Counted from the first letter of the stretch, positions 27,932 through 37,489 are shown. The stretch is 64,000 nt of DNA from an uncultured Chloroflexia bacterium (GCA_963838125.1 CAWIPT010000007.1:283487-347486), one strand, 5' to 3'. The notes: generated by a model from the sequence alone, not told the origin. Numbers and translations: made by a program.

Positions 27932-29026
27932 ATGGCGCAGCGGCTCGAGATCATCTGGCACCTGTTCGTGGCGTCCGGAAAGATGTTCATCCGCGACCGG
28001 ACCGCGGTCTTCTTCAGCTTCTTCCTGCCCCTCGTGATCATGCTGATCTTCGGGGTCCTGAACTTCGGCGAGGCCGCCGAGCTGGACCTCGGCGTGGTCG
28101 ACGAGGCGGAGACCACGTCCAGCGCGGCCATGATCGGTGCCTTCGAGCAGGTGCCCATCCTGGTCGTCAGCGAAGGCACGCGGGACGAGGAGCTGGCCGC
28201 GCTGGAGGAGGGCGATCGGTCCCTGGTGCTCGTCTTCCCGGCGGGCTGGGAGCTCGTCGCTCCGGGATCGGCCGGCTACCAGCCACTCACCGCCTACACC
28301 AACGCCGCCACCGCCGAGGAGGGGCAGACCGCGCTCCTGATCGTGAACGCGGCGGTCGCGCAGGCGCTCGTTCAGGCCGACGGCGGATCTCCCGAGCCGC
28401 TGGTCGTCGTCGAGGAGGTTGCCGGCCGCGACCTTGGCTACATCGACTTCCTGGTGCCGGGGATCCTGGGCCTGACCATCATGCAGCTGGGGATATTCAG
28501 CGTGGCGTTCGGGTTCGTCCAACTGAAGACAACCGGCACCCTGCGCCGCCTGTTCGCGACCCCCACTTCGCCCAGCTACTTCCTCTCCGCCCAGGTCAGC
28601 TCGCGGCTGATCATCGCTCTCGTCCAGGTGCTCATCCTGCTCGGCGTCGGCCTGTGGTTCGGCGTGCAGCTGGTGGGCAGCGTCGTCGTCGTCCTGGCCC
28701 TGAGCGTGCTGGGCAGCATCGTGTTCCTGGCCATGGGCTACGGCGTCGCCGGCTGGGCGAAGAACGAAAACCAGGCCGCCCCGGTCGCCAACCTCATCGC
28801 CCTGCCGATGATGTTCCTGTCCGGGTCGTTCTTCCCGCGGGAGGCCATGCCCGAAGTCCTCCAGCAGGTGACCCGCTTCCTGCCGCTCACCTACCTCAAC
28901 GACGCGCTGCGGGCCGTCATCAATGACGGGGCCGGGCTGGACGTCATCGGGACCGATGTCATCGGTCTGGCGGTGTGGGGGGTCATCTCGTTCGTGATCG
29001 CCACCCGGCTGTTCAAGTGGGAATGA
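27932..29026 (+). CDS. ABC-2 type transporter permease
   Basis: 364 aa. One N-terminal TM, a large loop, then 5 C-terminal TM helices. Starts 3 nt after the ATPase gene. Confidence 0.85.
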   Translation: MAQRLEIIWHLFVASGKMFIRDRTAVFFSFFLPLVIMLIFGVLNFGEAAELDLGVVDEAETTSSAAMIGAFEQVPILVVSEGTRDEELAALEEGDRSLVLVFPAGWELVAPGSAGYQPLTAYTNAATAEEGQTALLIVNAAVAQALVQADGGSPEPLVVVEEVAGRDLGYIDFLVPGILGLTIMQLGIFSVAFGFVQLKTTGTLRRLFATPTSPSYFLSAQVSSRLIIALVQVLILLGVGLWFGVQLVGSVVVVLALSVLGSIVFLAMGYGVAGWAKNENQAAPVANLIALPMMFLSGSFFPREAMPEVLQQVTRFLPLTYLNDALRAVINDGAGLDVIGTDVIGLAVWGVISFVIATRLFKWE

Positions 29027-29042
29027 CAGGAGGTCCCGGCCG

Positions 29043-29417
29043 ATGGACGTGAAGTGGATCCTGCGCATCGAGTCCGCCGCCGTCGGCATCCTGGGTGTCG
29101 TCGGCTACCTGACCCTGGGCGGGCCGCCGCTGCTGCTCATCCCCGCGCTGCTCGCGCCGGACCTGTCCGCCCTCGGGTACCTGGCGGGACCTCGGGTGGG
29201 GGCGGTCACCTACAACCTCGTCCACAACTGGGCGTTGGCGGTGGCGTTCGTGCTACTCGCGATCTTCGGACACACGCTCTGGCCGGCGCAGGTGGCGGCC
29301 ATCCTGGCCGCCCACGTCGGCTTCGACCGCGCCCTGGGCTACGGCCTGAAGCTGCCTTCTGGGTTCCGCGACACCCACCTGGGTCGCATCGGCCGAGACC
29401 GACCCGCGGAGGGCTGA
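29043..29417 (+). CDS. DUF4260 family membrane protein
   Basis: 124 aa, 4 TM. Contains the motif APDLSALGYL..YNLVHNW. The family name is recalled. Confidence 0.65.
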   Translation: MDVKWILRIESAAVGILGVVGYLTLGGPPLLLIPALLAPDLSALGYLAGPRVGAVTYNLVHNWALAVAFVLLAIFGHTLWPAQVAAILAAHVGFDRALGYGLKLPSGFRDTHLGRIGRDRPAEG

Positions 29418-29432
29418 GGGCCAGAACAAACC

Positions 29433-29458
29433 GATGGCGCCCGTCGCCGGGCGCCATC
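29433..29458. terminator. perfect 11-bp stem hairpin between convergent genes
   Basis: GATGGCGCCCG-tcgc-CGGGCGCCATC between the DUF4260 gene (+) and the DoxX gene (-). No clear U-tract. Confidence 0.5.
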
Positions 29459-29479
29459 TCCCCCGCGGTGGCTGTCTGC

Positions 29480-30061
29480 TCAGGCCGGTGCCGGTGCCGG
29501 GACCGGTTCCAGGGGGACCGGCCGGTACAGGTCACCGGAGAAGAACCAGCGGCGGAGGAACGGGCTGACCCGCTGCCCAACCGTGGCATCGAGGCCGAAG
29601 AAGTTCCCCGAACCGATGTAGCCCAGGAAGAACGTGACCAGCGCATAGGTCAGGTGCTGGTTCACGATCCCGAACTGGAAGTCCCAGGCAGCGACGAAGA
29701 AGAGCAGCATCATCAGCGTGCCCATCGCGGCGCCGAACCGGGTGAGGAGGCCGAGGATCAGGCTGACCCCGATTCCCACCTGCCCCCACGGGACGAGGAG
29801 GTTGACGAGGGTCATCGCCATCGAGTTCTCGGAAACCACGAGCCACATGTCATGCGTCGGGTTGTAGATGGCCCCCTCGACGGTCTCTGCCACGAATGGC
29901 CAGCCAAGCGTGCCTGTGGTCCCAAAGCCGAGAAAGCCGGCGGCGGACCATCCACCGCCCGCCCCGATGACCTTCTCCAGCCCGGCCCACAGGAAGATGA
30001 GCCCGACCGCCACCCGCAGCACCGCCACTCCGAGCTGATGTCTGCGATCGACGACCTGCAT
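29480..30061 (-). CDS. DoxX/DoxD-like membrane protein
   Basis: 193 aa, 4 TM. N-terminal LRVAVGLIFLWAGLEK motif. Confidence 0.7.
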   Translation of the reverse strand: MQVVDRRHQLGVAVLRVAVGLIFLWAGLEKVIGAGGGWSAAGFLGFGTTGTLGWPFVAETVEGAIYNPTHDMWLVVSENSMAMTLVNLLVPWGQVGIGVSLILGLLTRFGAAMGTLMMLLFFVAAWDFQFGIVNQHLTYALVTFFLGYIGSGNFFGLDATVGQRVSPFLRRWFFSGDLYRPVPLEPVPAPAPA

Positions 30062-30194
30062 CCGTCTCTGCCTCCTTCCCGCTTCGGCGCCCGCGGAATA
30101 TTGCGCGTGGGTAGGGTAGCGCCGGTGGCAAGCCGTCCGTCGGGCGAGATGTCAGACCATCCCCGACCCGACCGGGAACTGTTTGGCCCGAGGC

Positions 30195-30596
30195 TCAGGC
30201 GGCGGCGGCGCCGTCAGCCGTGGGGAAGGTGACCTCGATCAACGGGCTGCGCCGGTAGAAGATCTCGAACTTGTCCTGGGCGCCCCAGTTGCGGGTCACC
30301 GCCTCCATGACCCGCTGGCGCTCTTCTGGCTCGGTGATCGGTCGGGCGAGGGCCGGCAGGTCGGCCTTGACCGGTCCCTTGAGGTGGAAGGTGATGGCCG
30401 GGTTGGCGATCACGTTCGCGTACCAGTCGCGTCGGCCGGGCGAGCCGCTGATCACGATCATGCCGTCGATGTTGTGGAACACGAGCTCGATCCGTCGGGG
30501 ACGACCCGAGCGGCGACCGATGGTGGTCATGTCGATGCGGTGGGGGCGGGCCAGCGCGCGCTGGACGTTTTCGTCGAGGTGGCTGAGGTCGGACAT
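30195..30596 (-). CDS. deazaflavin (F420H2)-dependent nitroreductase-family protein (DDN/DUF385-like)
   Basis: 133 aa. Motifs GRRSGRPRRIELVFHNIDGMIVISGS and RDWYANVIANP are typical of the family. Confidence 0.75.
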   Translation of the reverse strand: MSDLSHLDENVQRALARPHRIDMTTIGRRSGRPRRIELVFHNIDGMIVISGSPGRRDWYANVIANPAITFHLKGPVKADLPALARPITEPEERQRVMEAVTRNWGAQDKFEIFYRRSPLIEVTFPTADGAAAA

Positions 30597-30766
30597 GGGA
30601 CACGGGACTCGCTATGAGATCTAAAGCGAGACTCTAGTCCGAAAGCGCCCTGGACGCAAAAACGCCCCGGAGGAACCTGGCGGGCCGCTTGATGCAATCT
30701 CCCGACTCGTCCGGCTCCTCCGGGACAACCAGAACAATACGGGACCATCAACGCTTCGCCAATGGT

Positions 30767-30821
30767 CTTATCCACGAATTTGTGCGGTTGGTTGGCGACT
30801 TATCCACGACGATTCCACGAA
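30767..30821. promoter_or_regulatory. direct repeats CTTATCCACGA x2 plus a TTCCACGA half-copy (DnaA-box-like)
   Basis: Exact 11-mers at 30767-30777 and 30799-30809 (32 bp apart). A related ATTCCACGA lies at 30812-30820. All sit in a 250-bp lower-GC gap between ecfT and the DDN-like gene. Confidence 0.3.
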
Positions 30822-30847
30822 CCGGGCGGCCGCTGAGCGTGGGCGCC

Positions 30848-31687
30848 TCAGCGCACGAGGAACGGCAGGAGGTAGTGCTCGGAGTTGCCCGTCACGTTCA
30901 GGGCGGTCGCGATCAGGAAGAAGGCGACGAAGGCGGCCATGACCAGCCACGACTCGGCGTCCATGCGGAGCCGCCGATACCACGTCCGCCTGCCGGTCCC
31001 GAATGCGCGCAGGTCCATGGCATCGATGGTGTCTTCCGCGCCTGCGAGCGCCCCCACCGTCATCGGGACGAACACCGGCGCCAGCCGGCGGAGCCGGGTA
31101 ACCAGTCCGCCGCCGCGCTGGAGCGGGTCGAAGCCGCGAACTCGCTGGGCGTCGATGGTCTCGCCGAACTCCTCGGACAGGGTGGGGATGAAGCGGACGG
31201 TGAGGTCGACCATCACCGGCATCCGGTCGCCGAGGTGGAGCTGGCGCAGCGCCGGGCCCAGGTCGCCCGGAGCGATGGCGTAGGCCACCGGGAAGCCGAC
31301 CGCGGCGATCGCCACGAACCGGAGGACCTGGGTCACGATCAGGCTGATCCCCTCGGCAGTGACCTCGATCCCCAGCGGGAGCGTGGCCAGCACGTGGACG
31401 CGGGCCTCCCGGAAGTCACCGGCTTGGCCGCCGGTGATCAAGGCGTTGATGGTGGCCACGGCACTTATGACGACGATCAGGTAGATCCACTGACGTCGCA
31501 CCGCCGTCCACGGGATGCCGGCCAGCGAGTAGTAGCCGAGCGCGAGCGCCATGACCACCACCAGCTGTCGGGAGTCGCGGAGCTGGGGGGCGCCCAGCAC
31601 GAAGAGGAAGGCGGCGAGCAGAATCGATCGGGGATCCCGGCGGGCGAGCCAGGATCCCCGACCCAGGTACGCGAAGGCAGCCCGCAT
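30848..31687 (-). CDS. ecfT: ECF transporter transmembrane (T) component
   Basis: 279 aa. CbiQ/EcfT-like topology and the RFIPTLSEEF..AQRVRG coupling-helix region. Confidence 0.85.
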   Translation of the reverse strand: MRAAFAYLGRGSWLARRDPRSILLAAFLFVLGAPQLRDSRQLVVVMALALGYYSLAGIPWTAVRRQWIYLIVVISAVATINALITGGQAGDFREARVHVLATLPLGIEVTAEGISLIVTQVLRFVAIAAVGFPVAYAIAPGDLGPALRQLHLGDRMPVMVDLTVRFIPTLSEEFGETIDAQRVRGFDPLQRGGGLVTRLRRLAPVFVPMTVGALAGAEDTIDAMDLRAFGTGRRTWYRRLRMDAESWLVMAAFVAFFLIATALNVTGNSEHYLLPFLVR

Positions 31688-31707
31688 CGGTCCGCGGGCG
31701 GACTAGG

Positions 31708-32292
31708 TCAGCGCCCCATCTGGTCCGATATCGGCTCCCAGGCGAGGACGAGGATGGGTGTCACGATCGCAGCGGCGATGCAATTCGCGATGACCGTCGG
31801 GATGTACTCGGCCGTCAGGATCGTGTTGAAACCCAGTTCCGGCTGTGTGACCAGCTCGATGAAGATGAGCAGGAAGCCAACGATGGTGGCGACCACGCCG
31901 GCGACCGCTGCCCACAGTGCCTTGCTGCCCATCGTCTCCATCCGGCCGGCGAGCATGAACGGGAACAGACCCGCGACCAGGCCGGCCACCCCGTTCGCCA
32001 GGCTCCACGGCCAGGACGTGAACGCTCCCCAGCCAGTCAACTGGTCGCCGACCACGTTGCCAACGAATCCGGTCAGGAAGCCGACGATCGGACCGAACGC
32101 GAAGCCAAAGAAGGTCAGCAGGCCGTAGTGCGGCCGGACGGCGACGTTTTCGGTGCCGGGGATCTGGATCGCAAAGGAGATCCAGTTGAACACGGCGTAC
32201 AGCGCCGCGCCGATGGCGGCGTACACGATGACCCGGGTCGTGATCGCCCACGGGCTCGCGCTGGGCTGGGGTTCCGCTGCAAGGGTTGTCAT
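31708..32292 (-). CDS. ECF transporter substrate-specific (S) component, substrate unknown
   Basis: ATG at 32292 preceded by GGAGGAGGA. 194 aa, about 6 TM, Gly/aromatic-rich helices. Positioned between the A and T genes. Confidence 0.65.
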   Translation of the reverse strand: MTTLAAEPQPSASPWAITTRVIVYAAIGAALYAVFNWISFAIQIPGTENVAVRPHYGLLTFFGFAFGPIVGFLTGFVGNVVGDQLTGWGAFTSWPWSLANGVAGLVAGLFPFMLAGRMETMGSKALWAAVAGVVATIVGFLLIFIELVTQPELGFNTILTAEYIPTVIANCIAAAIVTPILVLAWEPISDQMGR

Positions 32293-32330
32293 GGGCAGTC
32301 CGCTCCTCCTCCGAAACGTACCGGTGTCAG

Positions 32331-33989
32331 TTACGTCGCAGCCGACGCAGCCAGGGTGGCCAGGGTTTCGGGTCCCAGGAAGCGCCCGGAGCGTCCACCC
32401 CAGCGCAGGTTCGCCTCCATCAGCGAGGTCGTGCGCAGGTTGCAGGCCCTCCATCGCTCCCGATCGGCGATCACCTCCAACGGCGCGCCGTCGGCCACCA
32501 GTCGGCCGTCGCGCAGGAGGAGGATTCGATCGGCGTGGGTCAGTGCCAGGTCAACGTCATGGGTGACGAAAAAGACGCTGTCCAGTCCGGCGATCCGACC
32601 CACCTCCCTCATGAACGCCGTCGCGCTCCGATAGTCCTGCCCGGCGGACGGTTCGTCAAGCACCAACGTGCTCGGTTGCAGGGTCAGCGCAACCGCGATG
32701 GCGAGCCGCTTCTGCTGGCCGTGGGACAGGGTGCGCGGCGGCCGCGATTCGATGTCCGGTTCGTCGGCCAGGCCGACGCGGACCAGTGCCTCGCGGACGA
32801 TGCCGTCGTGCTCGACTGCGGGTCGGCCGACGTTGCGCGGCCCGAACAGGAGCTCGTCGCGCACCGTTGGCGCGAACAGCATGTGGGACGGGTTCTGGAA
32901 CACGTACCCGAACGTGCCAGCCAGCTCGGCCACGCCTCGCCCCGCGATCGAGGTCCCGTCGACGCGCACCTCTCCCGCACTCAGCGGGCGCAGCCCGATG
33001 GCCGCCTTGAACATGGTCGTCTTTCCCGACCCGTTCGGACCGAGAACGGCAACGCGCTGGTCGCGCGCCAGGCCGACGCTGAGGTCGTGGAGGACGGTCC
33101 GCCCGTCGTAGCCGGCATCGACGTCTCGCCACTCGAGACGGTCCGGGTCATCCGTCGTCTCAGCGCGCGGCTCCCGAGCCTCCGCTTCGGTCGCGTTCTC
33201 ATGGACCGATGGCGGCGCCAGAGCACCGCGGGCGCGGCGCAGCCACGCGTCGAACGGGACCTTCACCGCCGTCGGGTCCGCGGAATCCAGGAACCCGTCC
33301 ATCGGTCCGAGGTAGCGCACCTCGCCCTCGTCGAGGTACAGGGCGCGCTCCGGGCGTGCCTCGAGGACGTCCTCGATGCGGTGCTCGACGATGACCACCG
33401 CCGTCCCGCTGTCGGCCAGCGCCCGTACCAGGGCCAGCAGGCGGCTGGCGGCCGCCGGGTCGAGGTTGGCGAGTGGCTCGTCCAGGACGAGCAGCCGCGG
33501 CACGAGCATCAGCGCACCACCGATCGCGACCTGCTGGCTTTCGCCGCCGGACAGCTCGTCGGTGGTGCGAGTCATGAGCGGGTCGAGGCCGCTGGCGGCT
33601 GCCACCTCTACCAGGCGGCGACCGATCTCGGCCCGGTCGACGCCGAGGTTCTCGGGCCCGAATGTCAGCTCGGCCGGCACGGTGGAGGCCACCAGCTGGC
33701 GACTGGGGTCCTGGAGCACCGTCCCGACCATGGTGGCCAGGCCCTTCAGCGGCGTGACGTCCGTGGACAGGCCTCCGATCACCACCCGACCACTCAGCTC
33801 GCCGCGGTAGGAATGGGGGATGAGCCCGTTCAAGGCACGGATCAGGGTCGACTTGCCGCAGCCCGATGGGCCGGCCACGAGGAGCACTTCGCCGGGACCG
33901 ATCTCGAGGGAGACGTCGCGCAGCGCCGGCTCGGAGCGTCGCTGGTACCGGAACGAGAGGCCTTCGACGACGGCGACCGGATCGGTCAC
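32331..33989 (-). CDS. ECF transporter ATPase with duplicated ATP-binding domains (EcfA1-A2 fusion, YkoD-like)
   Basis: Two Walker A sites (GPSGCGKST, GPNGSGKTT), two LSGG/LSHG signatures and two Walker B sites. Start set at GTG 33989, 10 nt after the upstream stop. ATG 34058 is an alternative. Confidence 0.85.
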   Translation of the reverse strand: MTDPVAVVEGLSFRYQRRSEPALRDVSLEIGPGEVLLVAGPSGCGKSTLIRALNGLIPHSYRGELSGRVVIGGLSTDVTPLKGLATMVGTVLQDPSRQLVASTVPAELTFGPENLGVDRAEIGRRLVEVAAASGLDPLMTRTTDELSGGESQQVAIGGALMLVPRLLVLDEPLANLDPAAASRLLALVRALADSGTAVVIVEHRIEDVLEARPERALYLDEGEVRYLGPMDGFLDSADPTAVKVPFDAWLRRARGALAPPSVHENATEAEAREPRAETTDDPDRLEWRDVDAGYDGRTVLHDLSVGLARDQRVAVLGPNGSGKTTMFKAAIGLRPLSAGEVRVDGTSIAGRGVAELAGTFGYVFQNPSHMLFAPTVRDELLFGPRNVGRPAVEHDGIVREALVRVGLADEPDIESRPPRTLSHGQQKRLAIAVALTLQPSTLVLDEPSAGQDYRSATAFMREVGRIAGLDSVFFVTHDVDLALTHADRILLLRDGRLVADGAPLEVIADRERWRACNLRTTSLMEANLRWGGRSGRFLGPETLATLAASAAT

Positions 33990-33999
33990 GCCGGGCGGT

Positions 34000-34821
34000 T
34001 CATGAAACCAGGATTCGGATCGGCTGGTCCTGGACCAGGCCCAGGTCGGCGGCCGCATTGCCCTGGTTCACGGCGATGGTGAGGCGATCGTAGGAGTCGA
34101 CGTACAGGATCGGAGTTCCGACCGGGACGTCGCCGAAGGTGTCCGCCCAGGCCATCTCTCGCGCCGCGCTGCCTTCGGGCTCGACGCGCACGGCGCGGCC
34201 CGGTCGCATCGGTCCGACCGACGCCTCGAGATCCGCGCGGAGGCCGGCCAGCTTGCAGTTGCCGAAGGTGTCGACGTAGATGACGCTGGTGGCCACCCCG
34301 TCGAGGATGGACGTCGCCGGCGGGATGTCGAGCGCGACCAGGCTGTCCACGTCCACCGCCGGGCCCAGCACGGCCACGTCCAGGCCGTTGGCCAGGTGCG
34401 CAGCAGCCGGGGCGAAGATGTCCCGCCCATGGAAGCTGGTGCTGACTGGATGGAGGCGGTGCGCCTCGCTGGTCAGCTCGTGGGCGGCGACGACCCCGCC
34501 GAGGCGCTGTGCGGCGGGCATGAGCAGGCCGTTGTCGGGGCCGATCAGTACGTCGCCCCGCTCGGTCACCGCGGCCACCGGTCGGCGGGCGGTGCCGACC
34601 CCCGGGTCGACGACGGCCATGTGAATCCCCAGCGGCATGAACGGCAGGGCGCACCACAGCATGAGCGCCCCGTCGCGGATCGCGTACTTCGTGACTTCGT
34701 GGCTGATGTGGACGACGGTGGCATCGGGGCTGATGCCCAGGATCACGCCCTCGCAGATGGCGCCGGATGGGTCGCGAGCGCCGAAGTCGGTGAGGAGGCT
34801 GACGACCGGGCGAGGCGGCAT
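34000..34821 (-). CDS. SAM hydroxide adenosyltransferase family protein (DUF62; chlorinase/fluorinase-like SAM hydrolase)
   Basis: Start at the internal ATG 34821. Motifs LLTDFG..D, VVDPGVGT, GPDNGLL, FHGRDIFAP and YVDTFGN are family hallmarks. Confidence 0.85.
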   Translation of the reverse strand: MPPRPVVSLLTDFGARDPSGAICEGVILGISPDATVVHISHEVTKYAIRDGALMLWCALPFMPLGIHMAVVDPGVGTARRPVAAVTERGDVLIGPDNGLLMPAAQRLGGVVAAHELTSEAHRLHPVSTSFHGRDIFAPAAAHLANGLDVAVLGPAVDVDSLVALDIPPATSILDGVATSVIYVDTFGNCKLAGLRADLEASVGPMRPGRAVRVEPEGSAAREMAWADTFGDVPVGTPILYVDSYDRLTIAVNQGNAAADLGLVQDQPIRILVS

Positions 34822-34846
34822 GGCGCGGATGGTAGCCCGCGCCGAC

Positions 34847-36363
34847 TCAGGGGTGGAGGGTCGCGGTCTCGCCCAGGATCGGGACGTGGGCGTCGACGCC
34901 CAGGTCGCGGCCGATGCGGGCGGCGAACGCCCCCGCCGCGTCTGGCTCGCCATGGGTCACGTACACCGCCCGCGGCCGTCCGTCGGCTCGGGAGGCATCG
35001 CCGAAGTGGCCGATCCAGGTGTCGAGCTCGGTCTGGTCGGCATGCGCCGACAGCCCGGTGATGGACCGCACCCGGCAGTGGACCGGCCAGGTCTTGCCGT
35101 CGATGCGCGCCTCCTTCCCGCCGTCGGCCAGGTGCCGGCCCAGGGTCCCGTCGCCCTGGTAGCCGATGAACAGGAGCGTGGTCTTCGGGTCCGGGAGCAG
35201 GTCCTTGAGGTGGTGCAGGATCCGGCCGCCGGTGAGCATCCCGGACGCGGAGACGAGGATGAACGGCCGCGGGCTGCCCACGATCGCCTTCGAGGCCTCG
35301 ACACTGGTGGTGCAGGCCTGGCCGGGGTACACGAGCGGCGAGTCGCCGGATTCGAGGAGCGCCAGGGTCTCGGCGTCGTAGCCCTCCGGGTGGCGGAGAT
35401 AGACGTCGTTCGCCTCGCAGGCCATGGGCGAGTCGATGAACAGGGGCAGATGCGGGATGCGTCCGTCCCGCACCAGGTCGTCCAGCAGCCAGACGAGGTG
35501 CTGGGTGCGCCCGATGGCGAAGGCCGGGATGAGAAGGATGCCGCCCTCGCGGGCCACGTCGGTGACGACGGTGATCAGCTCGGCCACGGCCTGGTCGGCG
35601 TCGGGATGCTCCCGGTCGCCGTAGGTCGACTCCACGATGACCACGTCGGCCGCGGTCAGCGGGGTCGGGTCGCGGAGGATGGGGGTGTCCGGCCTGCCCA
35701 GGTCGCCGGAGAAGACGATGGTCATCTCGGTCCCGCCCGGCTCGCGAACGTGGAGCTCGATGATCGACGAGCCCAGGATGTGGCCCGCGTCGTGGAAGGT
35801 CGCCTCGACACCGTCGGTGATGGGCGTGGCCGCTGCGTACGAGACCGGCCGTACCTGCTCGATCGTGCGCCGGACGTCATCGACGTCGAACAGCGGTGCG
35901 CGTGACCGGGTTTCCATGCTCCGGCGGCCTCGGGGCCTGGGCCGCCACGGTTGCCATTTCGGTCTCGGTGACCGTCGCCTCCGATTCGCCCGTCGTGGCG
36001 GCAGCGGCTTCCGGATGGCGGCGTGCCCAGCGTTGAGCGGCGTAGGCCTGCAGGTGCGCGGCGTCGGTGAGCACGATTTCGGCGAGGTCCGCGGTGGCGT
36101 CGGTCGCGAACACCGGTCCGCGGTAGCCGGCCCGGACCAGGGCGGGCAGCCGCCCGATGTGGTCGTTGTGGGCATGGGTCAGGAGCACGCGCGTCAACGT
36201 CGTCGGCCGCGTACGAGAACGCCATCCGGTTTCGAGCGATCTCGTCCATCCCGCCCTGGAACAGCCCGCAGTCGACGAGCAGCCGACGGTCACCGACCGT
36301 GAGCAGGAACTGGGAGCCCGTTACGCCGCCGGCGGCGCCGAGAAAGCGCAGGGAGATGGCCAC
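34847..36363 (-). pseudogene. MBL-fold beta-CASP nuclease split over three frames by two 1-nt frameshifts
   Basis: - Frame 1 from ATG 36363: [38 protein letters not shown].
- Frame 2: [33 protein letters not shown].
- Frame 3 to stop 34847: [34 protein letters not shown].
- The span is 1,517 nt (3n+2).
- Junctions are near 36186-36194 and 35895-35960. Confidence 0.75.
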
Positions 36364-36403
36364 TGGCCGGGAGTATGCAGCAGGTGACGGCTACTATCGG
36401 TCC

Positions 36404-37489
36404 GTGGCGTATCCGATCGAGCCCCCGATCGAGCCGATGCTCGCCAAGCCCCAGCCGGAGATCCCGATCGGCGACGGGTGGCGGTACGAGCCGAAGTGGG
36501 ACGGGTTTCGCGCCCTCGTCTTCCGGGACGGGGCCGAGGTCTACATCCAGAGCCGGGACCTCAAGCCACTGAACCGATACTTCCCCGAGCTCGAAGAGCC
36601 CCTTCGCCGCATCGGCCGCCCGAGCGACCGCTTCGTGCTCGACGGCGAGATCGTCATCGCCTCGGAGGGGGGATTGAACTTCGACGCCCTGCTGCTGCGG
36701 ATCCACCCCGCGGCATCCCGGGTCGCGATGCTGGCCGAGGCCAGCCCGTCCTCGTACGTCGCCTTCGACCTCCTGGCCGAGGGCGACCGCGACCTCCGTG
36801 CCGAGCCGTTCGCCAAGCGCCGGGCCGGGCTCGAACGGCGGCTGGCGAAGCCGCCGCCATCGGTCCTGCTCACCCCGGCGACGGACGACCCGAAGACCGC
36901 CGAGCGGTGGTTCGACGTGTTCGAGGGTGCCGGCCTGGACGGCGTGGTGGCCAAGCGCGCCGACCTGCGGTACGTGCCCGGGAAGCGGGAGATGATCAAG
37001 GTCAAGCACCAGCGGACGGCGGACTGCGTGGTGGCCGGCTTCCGGTGGCACAAGAACGGGCCGGGCACCATGGTCGGATCGCTCCTGCTCGGGCTCTATG
37101 ACGATGGCGGTACCCTGCAGAGCGTGGGCGTTGCCAGCTCGTTCAGCGAGGCACGCCGCCGCGAGCTGGCCGCCGAGCTCGAGCCCCTTCGCAGGAACGC
37201 GCTCAACGGCCATCCCTGGCAGGAATGGAAAGAGGCGGAAGCGGCATGGGAGGGGCAGCGGATGCCCGGGGCGACGAGCCGCTGGAACCGGGGCAAGGAC
37301 CTGTCCTGGGAGCCGCTGCGCATCGAGCGCGTCTGCGAGGTCGCGTACGACCACCTCCAGGGCGACCGATTCCGGCACGCGACCTCGTTCCTTCGCTGGC
37401 GGCCCGACCGCCAGCCCGAGTCCTGCCGATACGACCAGCTCGAGGAGACACCACCGGCGTTGTTGGCAGACCTGTTCGGGTCGGGCTGA
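36404..37489 (+). CDS. ATP-dependent DNA ligase (LigC/LigD-ligase-domain type)
   Basis: Adenylation motif I EPKWDGFR, an OB-fold C-terminal part, and a PIEPMLAKP N-terminal motif. Start is ambiguous: GTG 36404 is preferred, with ATG 36356 and ATG 36437 as alternatives. Confidence 0.85.
   Translation: MAYPIEPPIEPMLAKPQPEIPIGDGWRYEPKWDGFRALVFRDGAEVYIQSRDLKPLNRYFPELEEPLRRIGRPSDRFVLDGEIVIASEGGLNFDALLLRIHPAASRVAMLAEASPSSYVAFDLLAEGDRDLRAEPFAKRRAGLERRLAKPPPSVLLTPATDDPKTAERWFDVFEGAGLDGVVAKRADLRYVPGKREMIKVKHQRTADCVVAGFRWHKNGPGTMVGSLLLGLYDDGGTLQSVGVASSFSEARRRELAAELEPLRRNALNGHPWQEWKEAEAAWEGQRMPGATSRWNRGKDLSWEPLRIERVCEVAYDHLQGDRFRHATSFLRWRPDRQPESCRYDQLEETPPALLADLFGSG

Noticed and set aside
30743-30821. 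A chromosomal replication origin.
   Set aside because: Only 2-3 box-like sites are present. There is no dnaA/dnaN/gyrB context and no AT-rich unwinding element.
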